NCBI GenBank assembly: GCA_945905295.1
Contig: CAMDPX010000006.1
Coordinates: forward strand, 22-64,021
Source of the DNA: Planctomyces sp. SH-PL62
GTDB lineage: Bacteria; Planctomycetota; Planctomycetia; Planctomycetales; Planctomycetaceae
Direction: 5' to 3'
Length of the DNA stretch: 64,000 bases
Under the pieces are notes generated by a model. That model was not told the origin of the DNA and made no database searches. It saw nothing but the letters and a program-made list of their open reading frames with translations. Shown here one piece after another: positions 10,801-20,100 of the stretch. The position numbers were made by a program, and so were the translations under genes. The number at the start of each line of letters is the position of its first letter. Within the stretch, counting starts at the first letter, position 1.

Positions 10801-10938
10801 CCCGCCGACGCAAAGAGTTTTTTACGTCAGACCAACTATCAGCATTCTGAGCAGACTCAATCCGATGTCGAGTTAGCCGCCTACACGCTGATTTCCAGTT
10901 TGATTTTGAATTTGGACGAAGCGTTGAATCATGAATGA
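7882..10938 (+). CDS. PSCyt1 / DUF1549 (PSCyt2) / DUF1553 (PSD1) domain protein, secreted
   Basis: ORF 7195..10938 trimmed to the ATG at 7882 ([21 protein letters not shown]). [21 protein letters not shown] (CXXCH), [37 protein letters not shown]. Confidence 0.9.
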   Translation: [1018 protein letters not shown]

Positions 10939-10965
10939 CCTCGTTGCGAATGTCGCAATGGGACA

Positions 10966-11092
10966 GGGGTCAGGTCTTCAAATTTCATTTTTGGCCTCGC
11001 GAATGAGACGTGATGTGATTTGGAATGGTGATGTGGAATCTGAGTCAGGGGCGGATTGTGGGGCCAAAAATGAAATTTGAAGACCTGACCCC
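10966..11092. repeat. REP-like palindromic element, GGGGTCAGG family
   Basis: Arms GGGGTCAGGTCTTCAAATTTCATTTTTGGCC (10966..) and GGCCAAAAATGAAATTTGAAGACCTGACCCC (..11092). This produces mirrored MKFEDLTP pseudo-ORFs on both strands. Confidence 0.9.
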
Positions 11093-11117
11093 GGCTTGCA
11101 CACAGGCCGCGCTCGAC

Positions 11118-12530
11118 ATGACTCGCCGGCACTTTCTCGGTCGCGGCATCGGCGCGGCGGCGCTGACGCAATTGCTCGCGCGTAATGGTCTCGCTGGGGA
11201 TGCTGCGAACGATTCGACGGTGCTCGGCCTGCCTCACTTCGCCGCGCGTGCGAAGCGTGTGATCTTCCTGACTCAATCTGGAGGACCATCGCAGCTTGAG
11301 CTCTACGACGAAAAACCGGAGCTGATGAAATGGGCTGGGAAGGAGCTGCCCGATTCGGTGCGTCAGGGTCAGCGACTGACGACCATGACCGCCAGCCAGA
11401 AGCAGCTCGTAATGCCCTCCCGCGCGAGGTTTCGTCGTTGCGGCGAAAGCGGCGCGACGGTGGGTGAGTGGCTGCCGCACTTGGCGAAGGTCGCCGACGA
11501 GTTGTGCTTCATCAAGTCGATGCACACCGATCAGATCAATCACGCGCCCGCCATGACTCAGTTCCTCACCGGCAATCAGATTCCGGGGAAGCCGAGCATC
11601 GGCACCTGGGTCAGCTATGGACTCGGCAGTGAGAACCGCAACCTGCCGGACTACCTGGTGATGATCTCGAAGATGCAGCGGCCGAGCGATCAGCCGCTCT
11701 ACGATCATTACTGGGGGAGCGGCTTTCTGCCGTCCCGTTATCAGGGAGTGAAGCTGCGCAACGCGCGGGAGCCGGTGCTCTATCTTCGCGACCCCGACGG
11801 TGTGCCGCGCGAACTGCGGCGAGGGATGCTCGATGGACTGGCGGAATTGAATCAGCAGCATCTGGCCGAGACCGGTGATCCGGAAATCGCGACGCGCATC
11901 CGGCAGTACGAGATGTCCTATCGCATGCAAACCAGCGTCCCGGAACTGATCGACCTGAGCGACGAGACCGACGCCACGTTTCAGCTTTACGGTCCCGACT
12001 CGCGACGCCCGGGGAGCTACGCGGCGAACTGTATTCTCGCCCGACGACTGGCCGAGCGTGATGTGCGCTTCATCCAACTGTTCCATCCCGACTGGGATCA
12101 TCACAGCCGGTTGCCGTCATGGTGTACCGCTCGGTGCCGCGATGTGGATCAACCGACGGCGGGTCTCATTACCGATCTCAAACAGCGCGGCCTGTTGAAT
12201 GACACGCTCGTGATCTGGGGCGGCGAATTCGGACGAGGCGTCGCAGGACAAGGCCAATGGGATAGTCCCGAAGCGGGGCGTGATCATCATCCGCGATGCT
12301 TCACGATGTGGCTCGCCGGTGGCGGCGTGAAGCCGGGCCTCACCTACGGATCGACGGATGACTTCAGCTACAACACGGCCGAGAACCCGGTTCACGTTCG
12401 CGACCTGCACGCGACCGTGTTGCATTTGCTCGGCATCGACCACGAGCGACTGACGCACCGTTTTCAAGGACTCGATTTCAAGCTGACCGGCGTCGAGCCA
12501 GCTCGCGTGGTGACGGATCTCTTCGCGTGA
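11118..12530 (+). CDS. DUF1501 domain protein (sulfatase-like fold, Tat-type signal)
   Basis: Start chosen at MTRRHFLGRGIGAAAL (twin-Arg); earlier in-frame starts lie inside the palindrome. KSMHTDQINHAPA, WGGEFGR, GRDHHP. Confidence 0.85.
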   Translation: MTRRHFLGRGIGAAALTQLLARNGLAGDAANDSTVLGLPHFAARAKRVIFLTQSGGPSQLELYDEKPELMKWAGKELPDSVRQGQRLTTMTASQKQLVMPSRARFRRCGESGATVGEWLPHLAKVADELCFIKSMHTDQINHAPAMTQFLTGNQIPGKPSIGTWVSYGLGSENRNLPDYLVMISKMQRPSDQPLYDHYWGSGFLPSRYQGVKLRNAREPVLYLRDPDGVPRELRRGMLDGLAELNQQHLAETGDPEIATRIRQYEMSYRMQTSVPELIDLSDETDATFQLYGPDSRRPGSYAANCILARRLAERDVRFIQLFHPDWDHHSRLPSWCTARCRDVDQPTAGLITDLKQRGLLNDTLVIWGGEFGRGVAGQGQWDSPEAGRDHHPRCFTMWLAGGGVKPGLTYGSTDDFSYNTAENPVHVRDLHATVLHLLGIDHERLTHRFQGLDFKLTGVEPARVVTDLFA

Positions 12531-12540
12531 CCTTGCCTCC

Positions 12541-12604
12541 GTAGCCACGTTCGCCAGAACGTGGGTGATCTCTCAAAAGCCCACGTTCTGGCGAACGTGG
12601 CTAC
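12541..12604. repeat. REP-like palindromic element, family C (GTAGCCACGTTCGCCAGAACGTGGG ... CCCACGTTCTGGCGAACGTGGCTAC)
   Basis: Perfect 25-nt arms. A diverged copy lies at 33298..33349. Confidence 0.9.
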
Positions 12605-12622
12605 GTCTACAAGAACTCGATC

Positions 12623-13492
12623 ATGAAACAACTGCTGTTTGTGGTAGCTCTGCTGGTGAGCCGTCCGTGCTTCGCCGAGGAACGCCTGGATGTCTGGCCG
12701 GACCTCGCTCCCGGTGAGACGACGCGACTGATCGGTGAAGCGCAGCCCCGTCTGGCGAATGAGAATCCTCCGGTCACGCGCGTCATCAACATCACACGGC
12801 CCACATTCACAGTTCACCTGGCTCCAAAACCCAATGGGACCGGAGTGCTGATTCTGCCCGGCGGTGGTTTCGGAAAGGTCGTTCCCGATAAGGAAGGAAC
12901 GGAAGTGGCCGAGTGGCTGAACCGGATCGGTGTGTCCGCGTTTGTGCTGAGCTATCGCACGAAGTCCGGTGCCGACGATCCCGGTTGGTCGCGGCCGTTG
13001 CAGGATGCTCAACGCAGCCTCGCGCTCATTCGCTCGCGAGCGAACGAGTGGGGTTTGAAGCCGGATCGCATTGGACTGCTCGGCCTCTCGGCGGGAGGCA
13101 ACGTCGCCGCGCGACTGCTTAGCGCGTCCGGGCGTCTGACCTACGAGCGCATCGACAAGACCGACGACGTGCCGCATCGACCTGACTTCGCGCTGCTCAT
13201 CTACCCGTGGAACATCTACGACAGCGAGCGGGGCGAACTGATCGCAGGGGCGTCGGTCCCGAAGAATTGCCCGCCCGTGTTTCTGGTCCACACCGACGAC
13301 GATCGCTCATCGTCGCTTGGCTCGGTCCTGTTCTACGCTGGCCTCAAACGGCACGGCATTCCGGCGGAGTTGCACGTTTACGGAAACGGCGGTCACGGCT
13401 ATGGCCTCCGCCCCGTCACGGGTTCCCAAATCTCATCGTGGCCAGATCACGCCGCGCATTGGCTCGACACCAGAAGTCTCCTCAAGAACTGA
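12623..13492 (+). CDS. secreted alpha/beta-hydrolase (esterase/lipase-type)
   Basis: Signal peptide MKQLLFVVALLVSRPCFA, oxyanion-type ILPGGGF, nucleophile elbow GLSAGG, C-terminal GGHGY. Confidence 0.75.
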   Translation: MKQLLFVVALLVSRPCFAEERLDVWPDLAPGETTRLIGEAQPRLANENPPVTRVINITRPTFTVHLAPKPNGTGVLILPGGGFGKVVPDKEGTEVAEWLNRIGVSAFVLSYRTKSGADDPGWSRPLQDAQRSLALIRSRANEWGLKPDRIGLLGLSAGGNVAARLLSASGRLTYERIDKTDDVPHRPDFALLIYPWNIYDSERGELIAGASVPKNCPPVFLVHTDDDRSSSLGSVLFYAGLKRHGIPAELHVYGNGGHGYGLRPVTGSQISSWPDHAAHWLDTRSLLKN

Positions 13493-13520
13493 GAGGCTCC
13501 CCGAGGCTGTGAATAAATGA

Positions 13521-13585
13521 CGTGGGGCACGTTTTCAACGTGCCCAATCAGCCTGTTTTCGAGCACGTTGAAAACGTGCTCCACG
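13521..13585. repeat. nested palindromic element (CGTGGGGCACGTTTTCAACGTGC ... GCACGTTGAAAACGTGCTCCACG)
   Basis: The two arms are reverse complements. Each arm is itself a small hairpin (GGCACGTTTTCAACGTGCC and GAGCACGTTGAAAACGTGCTC). Confidence 0.85.
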
Positions 13586-13845
13586 AAGACGACCTGAATC
13601 ACTGGGTCGGTCATCTCGGCCGGAACACGCTGCCCGCACGAGCGAGCTCGCCAATTGGCTGCCCAAGACCGATGCCGCGAATCTCCCCGGCGCGGATGGC
13701 GGCGGCGCGAAACAGAAAGCGAAGGCGAAACAGCGTTCGCCAACCGACGAAGAATCTCAGGCAGTCGGCTGTGGTGCTGTCGCGACAGGATCTGAATTAC
13801 TCTTCCACCAGAACCATCGCTGGATACCTGCGATCAAAACGCGAT

Positions 13846-13996
13846 TTTTAGACCGATGATCCCCACGGATGGCATGGCGATACCACGGATAATTACGACG
13901 CTTCTCGTTTTTCATCCTTGGTATCGCCATGCCATCCGTGGGGATTTTACGGCTCCATGAAAGTTCAATTGCGATCTGTGGCACTCGCGTCCGGTT
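13846..13996 (+). mobile_element. MITE-like about 150-bp element, copy A
   Basis: Roughly 135 of 150 positions are identical to the reverse complement of 55042..55190. Internal about 30-bp inverted repeat CCCCACGGATGGCATGGCGATACCACGGAT / ATCCTTGGTATCGCCATGCCATCCGTGGGG. Confidence 0.8.
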
Positions 13997-14003
13997 CGAG
14001 CCG

Positions 14004-14153
14004 TTACGAACTGGGGCGAGTGCCCTTCGGCTGATTGAGATTCTTCGGACCTTGCTGTTGCGGCTCGGATTCTGATGGTCGGTGCTCCTGAGCCATCCCG
14101 TGCGACGCGAACGTCCAACAGATGACGGACAACAGAAGAAGTTGCCGATTCAT
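14004..14153 (-). CDS. possible small secreted peptide (49 aa)
   Basis: MNRQLLLLSVICWTFASHGMAQE... is signal-peptide-like. Its ATG overlaps the TGA of the upstream propeller gene (ATGA at 14153..14150), suggesting translational coupling. No homology recognised. Confidence 0.35.
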   Translation of the reverse strand: MNRQLLLLSVICWTFASHGMAQEHRPSESEPQQQGPKNLNQPKGTRPSS

Positions 14154-15541
14154 CGTGTCTTCTCCGATGGTTTGATTGTGGTCGGCGACGTTCCGGCAGA
14201 GACCCCTGCTCCGGATTGGATGCAATACACACGGGCGGACGTGCGAATCAGCAACCGGTCACCAGCGATGGCCGGAGTTGCCATGCACATGTCGTCGGCA
14301 GCGAGTTCGTTCGTGCGCAGCATTTCAAACTGGTCGCCCTCCTTCAACACGAACGTGACGCCGTCTTCGTTCAAACAAAACACCTTGCCATCGTAGGCCC
14401 AGGGCGACGACGTAAACGCTCGGCCGTTCGGCAGTCGTTGTTGGCCGAACAGCTCTTTGCCGTCGTTGGCTTGGAGGCAGCGCAGCATTCCCATGTCGTA
14501 GAGCACATACAGCCGCTCGTTGGAGATCAGGGTCGAAGGGTTGTAGGGAGCGGCTTTCGGTTGGGACCACGCGATGAACTCGTTCGACGTCTCGCCTCCC
14601 TTGAGCGAGATGTCGCCGGTCGCTCCGGGCCGGATCGCGTAGATCGGCTTTGTCAGGTCGAGCACATAGCCCGAGCTGACATAGAGCAGCCCGTTGTATT
14701 CGTAGGGCATCGCGATCGTGATGCTCGACATCCCCTTGAGCGACCAGAGCAGCTTGCCATCGAGATCGTAGGACCGAACTTTGCCAGTTCCCGGCGTCAC
14801 GATCTCGGTGCGTTGACCGTTCTGCCAGACGAACGGCGTCGCCCAGTTGCTCCTCTCGTCGCGTGGCGTGCGCCAGACTTGCTCGCCGGTCTTGGCATCC
14901 AGCGCAAGCAGATAAGAATCCTGATCGTTGTCATTCACAAGATAGAGTCGATCGCGGTGCAGCACCGGTGACGCGGCCGTGCCCCAGCCATTTCGCGTTG
15001 CCTGCGGCTTGAGCTTGTGCTTCCAAACTTCCTGACCGTCGAGGTCGAAGCAGAAGACTCCGACGTTGCCGAAGCAGCAATAGACTCGCTCGCCGTCCGT
15101 GACCGGAGTTTCGGAGGCGTAACTGCTCTTCAAATGAATCGGAGTCTCCGGCTTCGCTTCGTGGACCTGCCGCTCCCAACGGACTTCGCCGGTCTTCACG
15201 TCGAGACAGAAGACTTTCCATTGATGGACCGCGTCCACCGGCTTCGGTCGATCGCCGCCGAAATACAGTCCCTTCTTCGGCTCCTCGGCCTTGCCCGAGT
15301 TGATCACGGTCGTGAGGAACACGCGGTCGCCCCACACAATCGGCGACGACCAGCCGCGCCCTGGAATGTCCCGCTTCCAAGCCACGTTCTCCGTCGCCGA
15401 CCAGCGATCGGGAAGGTTGTTGCCGCTCGCGACGCCACGCGAATCCGCACCGCGAAACTGCGGCCAATTCGTCTGCGCGATCGCCTGCGGGCCACTCGCG
15501 ATGAGAATCAGAAAACAAACAGGAATGCTGGCCAGCTTCAT
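14150..15541 (-). CDS. secreted PQQ-like beta-propeller repeat protein
   Basis: ORF trimmed to the ATG at 15541 (MKLASIPVCFLILIASGPQAIAQ). TNWPQFRGADSRGVA...WKRDIPGRGWSSPIVWGDRVFLTT and repeated blade motifs. Confidence 0.8.
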   Translation of the reverse strand: MKLASIPVCFLILIASGPQAIAQTNWPQFRGADSRGVASGNNLPDRWSATENVAWKRDIPGRGWSSPIVWGDRVFLTTVINSGKAEEPKKGLYFGGDRPKPVDAVHQWKVFCLDVKTGEVRWERQVHEAKPETPIHLKSSYASETPVTDGERVYCCFGNVGVFCFDLDGQEVWKHKLKPQATRNGWGTAASPVLHRDRLYLVNDNDQDSYLLALDAKTGEQVWRTPRDERSNWATPFVWQNGQRTEIVTPGTGKVRSYDLDGKLLWSLKGMSSITIAMPYEYNGLLYVSSGYVLDLTKPIYAIRPGATGDISLKGGETSNEFIAWSQPKAAPYNPSTLISNERLYVLYDMGMLRCLQANDGKELFGQQRLPNGRAFTSSPWAYDGKVFCLNEDGVTFVLKEGDQFEMLRTNELAADDMCMATPAIAGDRLLIRTSARVYCIQSGAGVSAGTSPTTIKPSEKTR

Positions 15542-15581
15542 GGAAGAGTTCTCCTGCACAAGGTCAATCGTTCGGATGCCA

Positions 15582-17030
15582 TTACGCCAAGATTCCTGGG
15601 ACCACTTCGCCATGCACGTCCGTCAGACGGTAGCGGCGACCCTGAAATTTGTACGTCAGACGTTCGTGGTCGATGCCGAGCAACGACAGGATCGTCGCGT
15701 GCAAGTCGTGGATGTGCAGACCGTCACGCGCGATATTGTAGCCAAACTCATCGGTCTCGCCGTAAACCGTGCCGGCCTTGATACCCCCTCCGGCCATCCA
15801 GAGGCTGTAACAGCGCGGATGATGGTCGCGGCCGAAGTTCGGCTGAATCTTCCCTTGGCAATAGTTGGTCCGACCGAACTCGCCTCCCCAAACGACCAGC
15901 GTGTCTTCGAGCAAGCCGCAGCGCTTCAAGTCTTTCACCAGCGCGGCGGCTGGTTGGTCGGTCTCTTGGCAGATTTTGGGCAACGCTCCGGGCAAGCCGC
16001 CGTGATGATCCCAGTCCTGGTGATAGAGCTGGATGAATCTCACGCCCCGTTCGGCCAGTCGCCGAGCTTGCAGGCAATTGGCCGCGAACGTGCCGGGCTT
16101 GGTGACATCCGGCCCGTAGGATTCGAGGACCGCTTTGGGTTCGTGCGAGATGTCGGTCGCCTCCGGCACACTGGTCTGCATCGCGAATGCCATCTCGTAA
16201 TGTTCGATGCGATTTTGAATCTCGGCATCGGGCGTTGCTTCAAGCTGATGCTCGTGCAGCTCGCGCAGGCGATCGAGCATCAACCGGCGACTGCCGCTAC
16301 TCACCCCCGCCGGGTTGCCGAGATACAGCACCGGATCCTGCGCCGCGCGGAACAGGACGCCTTGATGCTTCGTTGGCAAGAAGCCGCTCCCCCAGAGATG
16401 CGCGCCGAGCGGCTGACCCCCTTTGTCCTTCGTGATCAAGACAACGAACGATGGCAGGTTCGCGTTCTCCTGTCCGAGTCCGTAGCTCAGCCAGGCACCC
16501 ATGCTCGGTCGGCCGGCGATCTGAGTCCCCGTTTGCAGAAACGTCACACCAGGACCGTGATTGATCGCCTCGGTATACATCGAGTTGACGACGCACAGTT
16601 CGTTGGCGATGCCGGCCGTGTGCGGCAGCAGTTCGCTGAACCAGGCTCCGCCCGGCCCGTGCTGTTGAAACTTGAACGGCGAACCGACGAGCGGAATCGA
16701 CGATTGATTGCCGGACATCCCCGTCAGCCGTTGCCCGCCGCGAATCGAGTCCGGCAATTGCTCGCCCTGTCGCTGGTTGAGCAGCGGCTTGTAATCCAGC
16801 AGGTCCAATTGCGATGGAGCTCCGGACATAAACAGGTAGATGATCCGCTTGGCTTTCGGAGGAAAGTGCGGCTCACGCAAGACCCCGCGATCGGGCGCGG
16901 CGGCACTCGCGGTATCCTGAGCGAGCAAATCGGCCAGCGCGATCCCGCCGAGTCCGAAGCCAGTGCGAGTCAGAAATTCGCGACGAGGCGACGTCGCTGA
17001 ACTGTGCGATGATTGCTGTGAATGAAACAT
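15582..17030 (-). CDS. DUF1501 domain protein (Tat-type signal)
   Basis: [46 protein letters not shown]. Confidence 0.9.
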   Translation of the reverse strand: MFHSQQSSHSSATSPRREFLTRTGFGLGGIALADLLAQDTASAAAPDRGVLREPHFPPKAKRIIYLFMSGAPSQLDLLDYKPLLNQRQGEQLPDSIRGGQRLTGMSGNQSSIPLVGSPFKFQQHGPGGAWFSELLPHTAGIANELCVVNSMYTEAINHGPGVTFLQTGTQIAGRPSMGAWLSYGLGQENANLPSFVVLITKDKGGQPLGAHLWGSGFLPTKHQGVLFRAAQDPVLYLGNPAGVSSGSRRLMLDRLRELHEHQLEATPDAEIQNRIEHYEMAFAMQTSVPEATDISHEPKAVLESYGPDVTKPGTFAANCLQARRLAERGVRFIQLYHQDWDHHGGLPGALPKICQETDQPAAALVKDLKRCGLLEDTLVVWGGEFGRTNYCQGKIQPNFGRDHHPRCYSLWMAGGGIKAGTVYGETDEFGYNIARDGLHIHDLHATILSLLGIDHERLTYKFQGRRYRLTDVHGEVVPGILA

Positions 17031-17048
17031 GATTCGTGCTCAGAAAAT

Positions 17049-17128
17049 GTAGGGTGGGACCAGCGGAGCGCCGGCCCACCGCATTGATTGAAAAATGGTG
17101 GGCCGGCGCTTCGCTGGTCCCACCCTAC
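17049..17128. repeat. REP-like palindromic element, family D (GTAGGGTGGGACCAGCGGAGCGCCGGCCCACC ... GGTGGGCCGGCGCTTCGCTGGTCCCACCCTAC)
   Basis: Long near-perfect arms in the spacer between the DUF1553 gene and its DUF1501 partner. Confidence 0.9.
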
Positions 17129-17142
17129 GACTACGTTGACGG

Positions 17143-20100
17143 TTATCGCTTCACGACGCACTCGTCGTGATTCAGTAATGCTTGAGCCAGCACCGTGGCG
17201 GCGGCCGCTTGAGGAACTGGAATCGTTGTGTCGCGCGGAGTCTGTCCGATCTTCAGAAGTTGCTCGGCCTCAGTCGCGTGCTGCGTGAAGTGATCGAGTT
17301 GCTCGCGATAGAGCTTCGTCACGATCTCCACTTCGCGAGCATCGGGGCGGCGGCTCAAGCAACGCAGGAAACCGTGTTCGATCATCGCCGGCAGTTCGCC
17401 CTTCGCGTCGCGATGCAGAGCTTCTCCGAGTACGCGGGCGGCTTCGACGTATTGGACTCCGTTGAGCAGGATCAAGGCTTGCAGCGGTGAGTCGGTCCGT
17501 TCGCGTTTGGCGATACAGACCGCTCGGCGCGGCGCGTCGAAGGCGACCATTGCTGGTGGCGGTCCCGTGCGACGCCAGTTCGTGTAGAGGCTGCGTCGGA
17601 AGACGCCGTCACCGGCAGTCGGTGCGGCGGGCTTGAACGATTCGCTCATCTCATAAGGGTTCACCGGCGGGCCGCCGAGTTGCCTCTTGAGCAGTCCAGC
17701 CGCCGCGAGTGCGTTGTCGCGAATCATCTCCGCCGGCAATCGGAATCGCGGCCCGCGCGCGAGCCATTCGTTGTCTGGATCGTCGGCCATCGTCTGTGCG
17801 TCAGCGAGACTCCGCTGCCGATACGTCTGGCTGAGGACGATCGTTTTCACGAGCCGCTTCAGATCCCAACCGCTGTCGATGAAGTCGAGCGCCAGCGCAT
17901 CCAACACCTCCGGATAAAGCGGTCGCGCCCCTTGACTGCCGAAGTCTTCCGACGTCTTCACGAGCCCACGTCCGAAGAGGCTCTGCCAAACGCGATTGAC
18001 CGTCACACGAGCCGTCAGTGGATGCCGTCGATCGGTCAACCACTTCGCGAGGCCGAGCCGATTGCGGGGCGCGTCTTCGGGGAACGGAGACAAAGACGCG
18101 GGAGTGCCGGCCTGCACTTCCTCGCGACGTTGCGCGTACTCGCCACGGAAGAGCACATACGCCTTCTTTGGCTGCGGCAGTTCTCGCATCACCATCAGTT
18201 CTTTGATGCCGTCGCCGAGCTTGTTGAGCTCCGCCCGCGCGGTTTGTAACGCGGCGAGGTACACGGCCCATTCGGCATCGGCGGTCGCGAGGTAATAATC
18301 GAAGAGCTTCTCGCGTGTGGCTTGGCGATTCACGACCTCACGAATCTCGTCATCACGCGACACCGCTTCGGCCTCGAGATCCGTTAGCTCACGGCCAAAG
18401 ACCCGGAAGTCGTCGATCATGCCCCCCTTGAACCCGCGATCCCGGAACCGCTCGCCCAGCGAGATGTTGTCGCCACCGCCGCCGGTGATTTCTTTCGTCA
18501 GTTTGTCCTTCACGATCTCGACACCCGGTTGCCGAGCCAAGCGACGACCGTTGATGAACATCTTCAATCCGTCCGCACGGCTGCTGCCGTCCGAAGAGAC
18601 GACGACGTGCATCCATTCGTTGAGCGGCAGCTTGTCCGTGGCTGCGATCGAGACCGCATTGCCCGGCCAAAAATGGATCAGCGACCACTTCAAGCGTCCC
18701 TCTTCGATCAGCAGTTCGTAGCCTCGGCTCCCAGCATCGGTCCACGCTCGCGAGCGATGAAATACGACGGCACGGTCCTTCACATCGGGCGTCTGCAACC
18801 ACAATGCGACCGAGAACGGCTGATGCCGGCCGAAGTTCCCCAGCGGCAAATCGACAGGATCATCGCCAGTGAATTCGATCGCTTGTCCGTCGTGCCCAGA
18901 CACAAGTTTGTTCTCGCCGCGGAGCGTTGCCGGTTGGCCTGATTTCGTTTCGTTGGCAAGCTTCCCTTGATCGACCACATCGAACCGGAAGCGCGCGAGT
19001 TCCCCGATCACACTGGCATTGTTCGTCTTCGTGAGCGGCACGGCGCTAGCCGCCGGTGTTTGCTGAGGACCGGCGGCTAGCGCCTTGCCGCTCACAGGAC
19101 GGCTTCCGCGATTATCAACCTGACGATCAACAAACCACTTGTCGAATGCCTCGCGCCGCGACTCCCGCAGCTTCGGAGCGTGCCGCTCAAGCTCTGCGAC
19201 CTTTTCTTGCAGCACGACCAGACGCTGCTTGGTCGGGACATCGGACAGCGCCAACGTCGGCGTCGGCGGCGACTGCGTGAAGTATGAATACAGCCCCGCC
19301 TCGTCGATGTTCTGGAACATCGCGAAGAGCTGATAATACTCGCGCTGCGAGATCGGATCGTACTTGTGATCGTGGCAGCGGCAGCATTCAAAGGTCAGGC
19401 CGAGGAACGTCGTCGCGAAAGTCTGCACGCGGTCGGCGACGTACTCGACGCGATACTCCTCTTCGACGCTGCCCCCTTCCGACTCTTGCTGGTGCAGGCG
19501 ATTGAAAGCGGTCGCGAGGATCTGCTCGTCGGTGGCGTCCGGCAGCAAGTCACCGGCCAGTTGCCAGGTGATGAATTGATCGAACGGTTGATTGGCGTTG
19601 AACGCCCGCACGACCCAGTCGCGCCACGGCCACATCTCCCGCTCGCGATCGACCTGAAAGCCGTAGCTGTCCGCATACCGCGCGGCGTCGAGCCAATCGG
19701 TCGCCATCCGTTCGCCGTAATGCTCGGACGCCAGCAGCCGATCGACGAGCCGTTCGTTAGCGCCGGGTGCTTGATCATTCAGAAAGGCTTCGACCTCGGC
19801 CGGAGTCGGGGGCAGCCCGGTCAGATCAAAGGTGAGTCGTCGAATGAGCGTCGTGCGATTCGCTTCCGGTTGCAGCCGCAGCCCACGTTTGGCGAGGCTC
19901 CCCTGAATCAAAGCGTCGATGCCCGTCGCGGGACCGGGCTTGAGCGGAATGAGCGACCAATGGTTCTCGTACTCGGCCCCTTGCTCGATCCAGAGTCGCA
20001 GCGTCCCGATTTCCTGCGCCGTGAGTTTGTCGAGCTTCGATGACGACGGCGGCATGTGCTCATCGGCATCCGTACTGAGAATCCGCCGCACGAGTTCGCT

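Noticed and set aside
11025-11095. Mirrored MKFEDLTP peptide encoded on both strands (ORFs 11025.. and 10929..12104).
   Set aside because: This is an artefact of translating both arms of the palindrome at 10966..11092. The DUF1501 gene more plausibly starts at the twin-arginine Met at 11118.
13586-13845. Possible gene remnant between the esterase gene and MITE copy A (frame reading ...TSELANWLPKTDAANLPGADGGGAKQKAKAK...).
   Set aside because: It is short, has no start and no recognisable family, and cannot be supported without a database search.
15291-17000. Long antisense ORFs overlapping confidently assigned genes. Examples: 15291..17000(+), 44177..45544(+), 10929..12104(-), 23877..25004(-), 4576..5661(-), 8758..9909(-), 22503..23474(-), 25463..26674(-), 31392..32906(-), 34609..35670(+), 43065..44201(-), 51379..52386(+), 53650..54921(+), 55446..56999(+).
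   Set aside because: These are Arg/Ala/Gly/Pro-rich, low-complexity translations. They lie opposite genes with clear family motifs and are typical shadow ORFs of GC-rich DNA.
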